From: Candidatus Hadarchaeales archaeon
GTDB taxonomy: Archaea > Hadarchaeota > Hadarchaeia > Hadarchaeales > Hadarchaeaceae
Assembly: GCA_038823825.1 (NCBI GenBank)
Contig: JAWBCC010000002.1
Location: 180,001-212,000 of the forward strand
Reading direction: 5' to 3'
Length of the DNA: 32,000 nucleotides
Made by a program: the position numbers and the translations under genes. Below, piece after piece: positions 28,208-32,000 of this stretch (the stretch's first letter is position 1; every line of letters starts with the position of its first letter). The notes under the pieces are model-generated. The model saw only the letters and a list, made by a program, of their open reading frames with translations, did no database searches and was not told the origin of the DNA.

Positions 28208-28971
28208 ACTTTTCTAGCCACAGTTATATAACCCGTATGCCCGATAACTCTCGTGCTTGGACGGGTAGCACCTGGACGAACTTCAATGTTTCTGACCAAA
28301 CATTCGACTGTTTTCATCTCGCGGAATCCATTCGACCGAAGAGCTTCGTAAACTTTTTGGACTGGTTCTATGCAAGGCGAGAAAATCGCGATGTATCCTC
28401 CCACCTTTAAAGCTTCTTCCGCTTTTGGAACCACGAGCTCGGGTCCGCCCATGTCAATCGTAACAAGATCCACACCCCGTTCGTCGATCCCATCAGTTAT
28501 GACATCCTTTAGCTTCACGGTCACGATTTCGCTCAATCCGGCGATTTCCACATTTCTCCGGGCCAGATTAACGAACTCTTCACGATTCTCATAAGAGTAG
28601 ACGTGTCCATCTGGCTTCACAAGAGATCCTAAGAATATCGCAAGGGCGCCGGAACCCGTTCCGCAGTCAACCACGATACTGCCCGGTCCTATGCCGGTCA
28701 TTCCAACTATCTGTGCGGCGTCCTTTGTGAGAATGATCTGCGGAGCTCTTCTTATCTTCTCTAAGAAGTCAACCCTTGAGGGGCGCAGAGCAATAAATTC
28801 CTTGTTCAGGTGTGTTCTGACTCTTACGCCAGGCTCTTTCCCCACGATCTCCCCCAAATCGAGAATCCCAAGATCTGTGCTGAACTTTCTGTTTTCGAGC
28901 TTTACTAGGTATTTCCGGTCTTTTTCATCCAGAAGGATGATATATTCTCCCAGAGAAAACATTCTCCCCAT
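28204..28971 (-). CDS. trmI: tRNA (adenine-N1)-methyltransferase, TrmI-like
   Basis: GPQII-like region RRAPQIILTKDAAQIV, SAM motif VVDCGTGSGALAIFLGSLVKPDGHVYSYENREEF, VDLVTIDMGGPE, VGHTGYITVARK-like end. Start among ATG 28971/28962. Confidence 0.88.
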   Translation of the reverse strand: MGRMFSLGEYIILLDEKDRKYLVKLENRKFSTDLGILDLGEIVGKEPGVRVRTHLNKEFIALRPSRVDFLEKIRRAPQIILTKDAAQIVGMTGIGPGSIVVDCGTGSGALAIFLGSLVKPDGHVYSYENREEFVNLARRNVEIAGLSEIVTVKLKDVITDGIDERGVDLVTIDMGGPELVVPKAEEALKVGGYIAIFSPCIEPVQKVYEALRSNGFREMKTVECLVRNIEVRPGATRPSTRVIGHTGYITVARKV

Positions 28972-29015
28972 CGTGTTGTTATATATGGCGAGCATAAAAA
29001 AGGTGAGGGAGGCGA

Positions 29016-29831
29016 ATGAAGCTCACATCGCTCATAGGGATAATCTTGGCGGTCTTGGCTATCTGTTGCTTAGCGGTAACACCAGTCGCTCCGCTAAATT
29101 TCGGAGGAGATTTCTCACAGAAGACGATAATCCGCGTTGTTGAGCCGGAAGGGGCTTCAATGGATGAACTATTATCTATGGTCAAGTCCGTTGCAGGAAG
29201 TCCCAAAGTTTTGCTTAAATCTGAAAATTTCCTGCTTCTCGAGATTTCAAAGCCATATTCTGAAAACTTAGCGGAGACCCTACGGCAGTCATTCTCCGAC
29301 TTGGGAGTCGGTTCTGTAGAGATCTTTCCAGTTTCAGCAGTGTTCTCTTTATCTTTTGGTCGAGTGCTGATTTGTGGAATAGTTTCCTTCATTTTAACCG
29401 GAATAGTAGCCTTCATTGTGAGCAGAAGGAAAAGAACGATCATTCTTTTTCCGCTGGTGTCCTTATTGACGTTTATCGAAACTGTTGGGATTCTCTCGCT
29501 CTGGATTCCCATAGATCCAGAGGTGCTGCTCACCTCTGTGTTGATAGCTGTTCTCTTTCCTCTCACGTCGGGAATTTTCCTCCTTAATCCTATCAAATCT
29601 CAAGAAGGGATGCGCAAGCTGAAGATTTCGGCTCTTATATTCTTTGCCGGAATAATCGCAGCAGCAGCATCTCTCTCCACGCTTTCCTTGATGGTCGGTA
29701 CTCTTGGAAACTCTCTCATTGCTCTGGTTCTCGGAGTCGTGGTGGGGATAGTGAACCTGTACTGGCTCGCCGGCGGCCTGCTTTTCCAGCCGGCTCCAAA
29801 GGAGGCCGTGACTTATTATGTCAGCTTCTAG
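29016..29831 (+). CDS. secF: SecF-like protein-export membrane protein, divergent
   Basis: N-terminal TM followed by LNFGGDFSQKTIIRVVEP, several C-terminal TM segments; directly upstream of a SecD-like gene as in the archaeal secFD arrangement. Confidence 0.7.
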   Translation: MKLTSLIGIILAVLAICCLAVTPVAPLNFGGDFSQKTIIRVVEPEGASMDELLSMVKSVAGSPKVLLKSENFLLLEISKPYSENLAETLRQSFSDLGVGSVEIFPVSAVFSLSFGRVLICGIVSFILTGIVAFIVSRRKRTIILFPLVSLLTFIETVGILSLWIPIDPEVLLTSVLIAVLFPLTSGIFLLNPIKSQEGMRKLKISALIFFAGIIAAAASLSTLSLMVGTLGNSLIALVLGVVVGIVNLYWLAGGLLFQPAPKEAVTYYVSF

Positions 29832-31533
29832 AAATCTTCTCATCTTTTCGCTGGTGGTTTTTGTCTTTCTGCTTCCAGTCTGGCGACCATGGACGGGGCT
29901 CTCGCCGCAGGTGAGAGGTCTTCAATCAGGGGTTGGCACAAAATCCTACTTTTTGATTATTCTCGAGTCAGAAACTTCGATTGTGACATTCCGTTCTTAT
30001 GACAACAATTTGAAGAGCGTGTGGGACAAGATTTCGAAGGAACTCTCAAAACAGTGGGGAGTTTCACTGATTTCAATGAACCAGGAGAACAACACGATAA
30101 CCTTTGAAGTGGGGTCTGCCGTTACCTCCACACAGCTCAGGAACATGCTGCCTAACGGAGAAATTCTAGAGATCAAAAGTGGGAAATCAGAAAGGTTAAC
30201 GGAAAGAATCATCAAGATTTTGGAGCGCCGTTTAGATCCATACGGTCTTCTCGGAGAAAGGATCAGATGGGCAGGTGATAATCTCATATTGATCGAGACT
30301 AGCAGAGAAATAAAGCCAGAGTTGCTCACAGCAAGGGGAAGGCTCGAAATATTCGTGGATGAAGACCTAGCGGCCACACCTGCGGACATTTTGGGATTCG
30401 GCAAGACGTCTCATGAAGGCAGTGTCGGTTTGATTCCAGTTTACTTCACATCAGATGGCAGAAAGAACTTTAACTCCTTCGTAATTGGCAGACGATATTC
30501 ATACATTTTCTTTTTCCTTGATAGACCACACGATGGAATTGTGATTTTCGACCCCGAAGACTTGACCGACTTGGAGGAATTTTTCTTTGACAATGAGAGC
30601 GGATTTTTCGTGGAAAATACCTCAAAAGTTGCGATAAGGGTTCAAGCTTTTCCAAGTCCAAAGGATTGGATGAGCGACAACCTTGCGGATTATCTAGTCA
30701 GTCACTTTGGTGAAAAGGTGAGAGTCATTCTTTTGGGGAGCAGAGAGGAATTCTCGGACGAATTTCTGATGAGGATTCCATCATCTTACCGGATCGAGTT
30801 TTTGGAGAGAAGGAATGGTGAAACGTCGGATGAATGGCTGAGGAGGGCTCTGGGTTTCTTGATCGGAGTCCCGGTTAGTAGCTCCTTAGCAGAGAATGGC
30901 GTCGCCGAAGGTTCGGGAATAAATCTACCAGTCCCGGCCGGGATGTCGAAGGCAGTAGACCTCAGACACATACTTCTGAATCCTCTGCCAGCCGTTGTCC
31001 ATCTTTCCTCTATCGGAACTGTTGAAGAGGAGAAAGTCCTTACTCCCAATAAATACTTCTTTGCATGTTTTGCTCCAATTGCGCTGTTTTCTCTTGTCGT
31101 TCTCTTTCTCTCGAGATCTCTAAGGTTGACATCAATATTTTTCATCTTCAATTTCTGCATGCTCATAATATCGCTGGGTCTCTTCTCACTCCTAGGAATG
31201 CGCCTCACTCCAGAGTCGCTGATTGCAGGAGTGATAATAGTTTCTCTTTCGATTACATGTTCGCTGCAAATACTCTTCGAGATGCTTGGAGGCTTCAAAC
31301 TAGCAGAGGGAGTTCAGATCGGGTGGAGGAAAGAAAAAGCCTTAGCTCCGGTTTATCTCTGGGCTCTGATCATCTCACTAGCATTGATAGTAGTTTCTTT
31401 ATCTGGTTTTAGATTTCTCCTACCTTTTTCCATTTCGTGCCTTCTCTGGCTGATAATTTTATCCACATTCGGACTTCCAGTTTTAGCCTCAATGATTGAG
31501 CGGGCAACGACTTTAAAGAAGGAGAAGACTTAA
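29818..31533 (+). CDS. secD: SecD-like protein-export membrane protein, divergent
   Basis: N-terminal TM, SERLTERIIKILERRLDPYGLLGERIRWAGDNLILIE (SecD RIxxxG-VxEP-like region), GRLEIFV, C-terminal multi-TM domain. Confidence 0.75.
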   Translation: MSASRNLLIFSLVVFVFLLPVWRPWTGLSPQVRGLQSGVGTKSYFLIILESETSIVTFRSYDNNLKSVWDKISKELSKQWGVSLISMNQENNTITFEVGSAVTSTQLRNMLPNGEILEIKSGKSERLTERIIKILERRLDPYGLLGERIRWAGDNLILIETSREIKPELLTARGRLEIFVDEDLAATPADILGFGKTSHEGSVGLIPVYFTSDGRKNFNSFVIGRRYSYIFFFLDRPHDGIVIFDPEDLTDLEEFFFDNESGFFVENTSKVAIRVQAFPSPKDWMSDNLADYLVSHFGEKVRVILLGSREEFSDEFLMRIPSSYRIEFLERRNGETSDEWLRRALGFLIGVPVSSSLAENGVAEGSGINLPVPAGMSKAVDLRHILLNPLPAVVHLSSIGTVEEEKVLTPNKYFFACFAPIALFSLVVLFLSRSLRLTSIFFIFNFCMLIISLGLFSLLGMRLTPESLIAGVIIVSLSITCSLQILFEMLGGFKLAEGVQIGWRKEKALAPVYLWALIISLALIVVSLSGFRFLLPFSISCLLWLIILSTFGLPVLASMIERATTLKKEKT

Positions 31534-31782
31534 AACACCAAATATTCCCGTGATCACCAAGAAAGCAATGAAAATAAACTCTAACTCTAATTTTTGCAGG
31601 ATCTTTCTGCCGGCATGGAAAAGAAGAAGGAGACCTGCAAAGAGAAACCACCACACCACGCAGGAGATTTCCAAAACTCCGACTTTTAGTATCGAAAGCA
31701 CGAAGGCTAAGAACCCGGCGGCTAAAAGAAGTATACAGACCGGATATAAAATAATCATTAGAATTGCCAGATTTTTTCTCAT
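31513..31782 (-). CDS. Small hydrophobic membrane protein of unknown function
   Basis: MRKNLAILMIILYPVCILLLAAGFLAFVLSILKV.. about 3 TM segments. ATG at 31782 overlaps the preceding stop (ATGA). Confidence 0.6.
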   Translation of the reverse strand: MRKNLAILMIILYPVCILLLAAGFLAFVLSILKVGVLEISCVVWWFLFAGLLLLFHAGRKILQKLELEFIFIAFLVITGIFGVLSLLLL

Positions 31783-32000
31783 GTTATCCCGCTTATGAAG
31801 ACGTAACAAGTTGTGGTCGGAAATCTTCTTCTCAGCTCCGCGATTTCCGGACGGTAGATTAACAATTCATTTGCAGGTTCCCTCTTCAAGATACTGCTGA
31901 TAACCTTGGACTCCAGGCTCCCAGAAATCCTTGCTGTCCCTCTCCCCAAACTAGGATTTATCTCGATCAATATGGGAAGCATGAGCTTCTCAGCCTCTTT
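31779..32000 (-). CDS. 3' end of an unidentified gene truncated by the window edge
   Basis: The frame remains open from 31982 to 32000 (KEAEKL-MLPILIEINPSLGRG..), so the listed ORF start is probably internal. Confidence 0.55.
   Translation of the reverse strand, partial: KEAEKLMLPILIEINPSLGRGTARISGSLESKVISSILKREPANELLIYRPEIAELRRRFPTTTCYVFISGIT

Noticed and set aside
28691-30404. Antisense ORFs of 150, 205, 126 and 135 aa around the TrmI and SecF/SecD genes
   Set aside because: I considered whether the 205-aa minus-strand ORF could be the real gene given how divergent SecF is. Its Ser/Thr/Lys-rich translation lacks domain features, while the plus-strand frame has clear TM segments and operon overlaps.
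1-32000. CRISPR arrays, insertion sequences, defence systems, tRNA/rRNA genes
   Set aside because: No regularly spaced repeats, transposase/integrase/Cas-like proteins or cloverleaf/rRNA sequence seen by eye. Intergenic space is too small for most of these. A tRNAscan or Infernal run would be needed to exclude small ncRNAs.

Overview
This window is a compact archaeal chromosomal segment. It has euryarchaeal-type housekeeping content and tightly packed, often overlapping genes, and the longest intergenic gap is only about 110 bp. From left to right it encodes: the C-terminal part of TFB, RadA, ApgM, an MFS transporter, archaeal ThrRS, an NMD3-like protein, acetolactate synthase IlvB/IlvN, a HAD hydrolase, an uncharacterised small protein, and acylphosphatase. 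Next comes a translationally coupled repair-like cluster (AAG-type glycosylase, family-4 UDG, DEDD-type exonuclease) and YjbQ/UPF0047. These are followed by an epimerase plus GT2 glycosyltransferase, a membrane pyrophosphatase, and the cluster PIN / aIF2-gamma / eS6 / aIF5B / Ndk / eL24 / eS28 / eL7A. The right part has TgtA (apparently lacking PUA), archaeal MAT, two HTH regulators, HMG-CoA synthase / thiolase / DUF35, TrmI-like methyltransferase, divergent SecF/SecD-like proteins, a small membrane protein and a 3' fragment of an unknown gene. I found no CRISPR array, mobile element, intein, tRNA or rRNA. I saw no convincing new multi-gene system. The most checkable leads are a perfect 15-bp palindrome in the ndk promoter, inverted repeats between radA and apgM, the repair-gene cluster, the degenerate SecDF pair, the PUA-less TgtA, and the paired HTH regulators upstream of the mevalonate genes. 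All family calls come from reading the translated ORFs; no database search was run.
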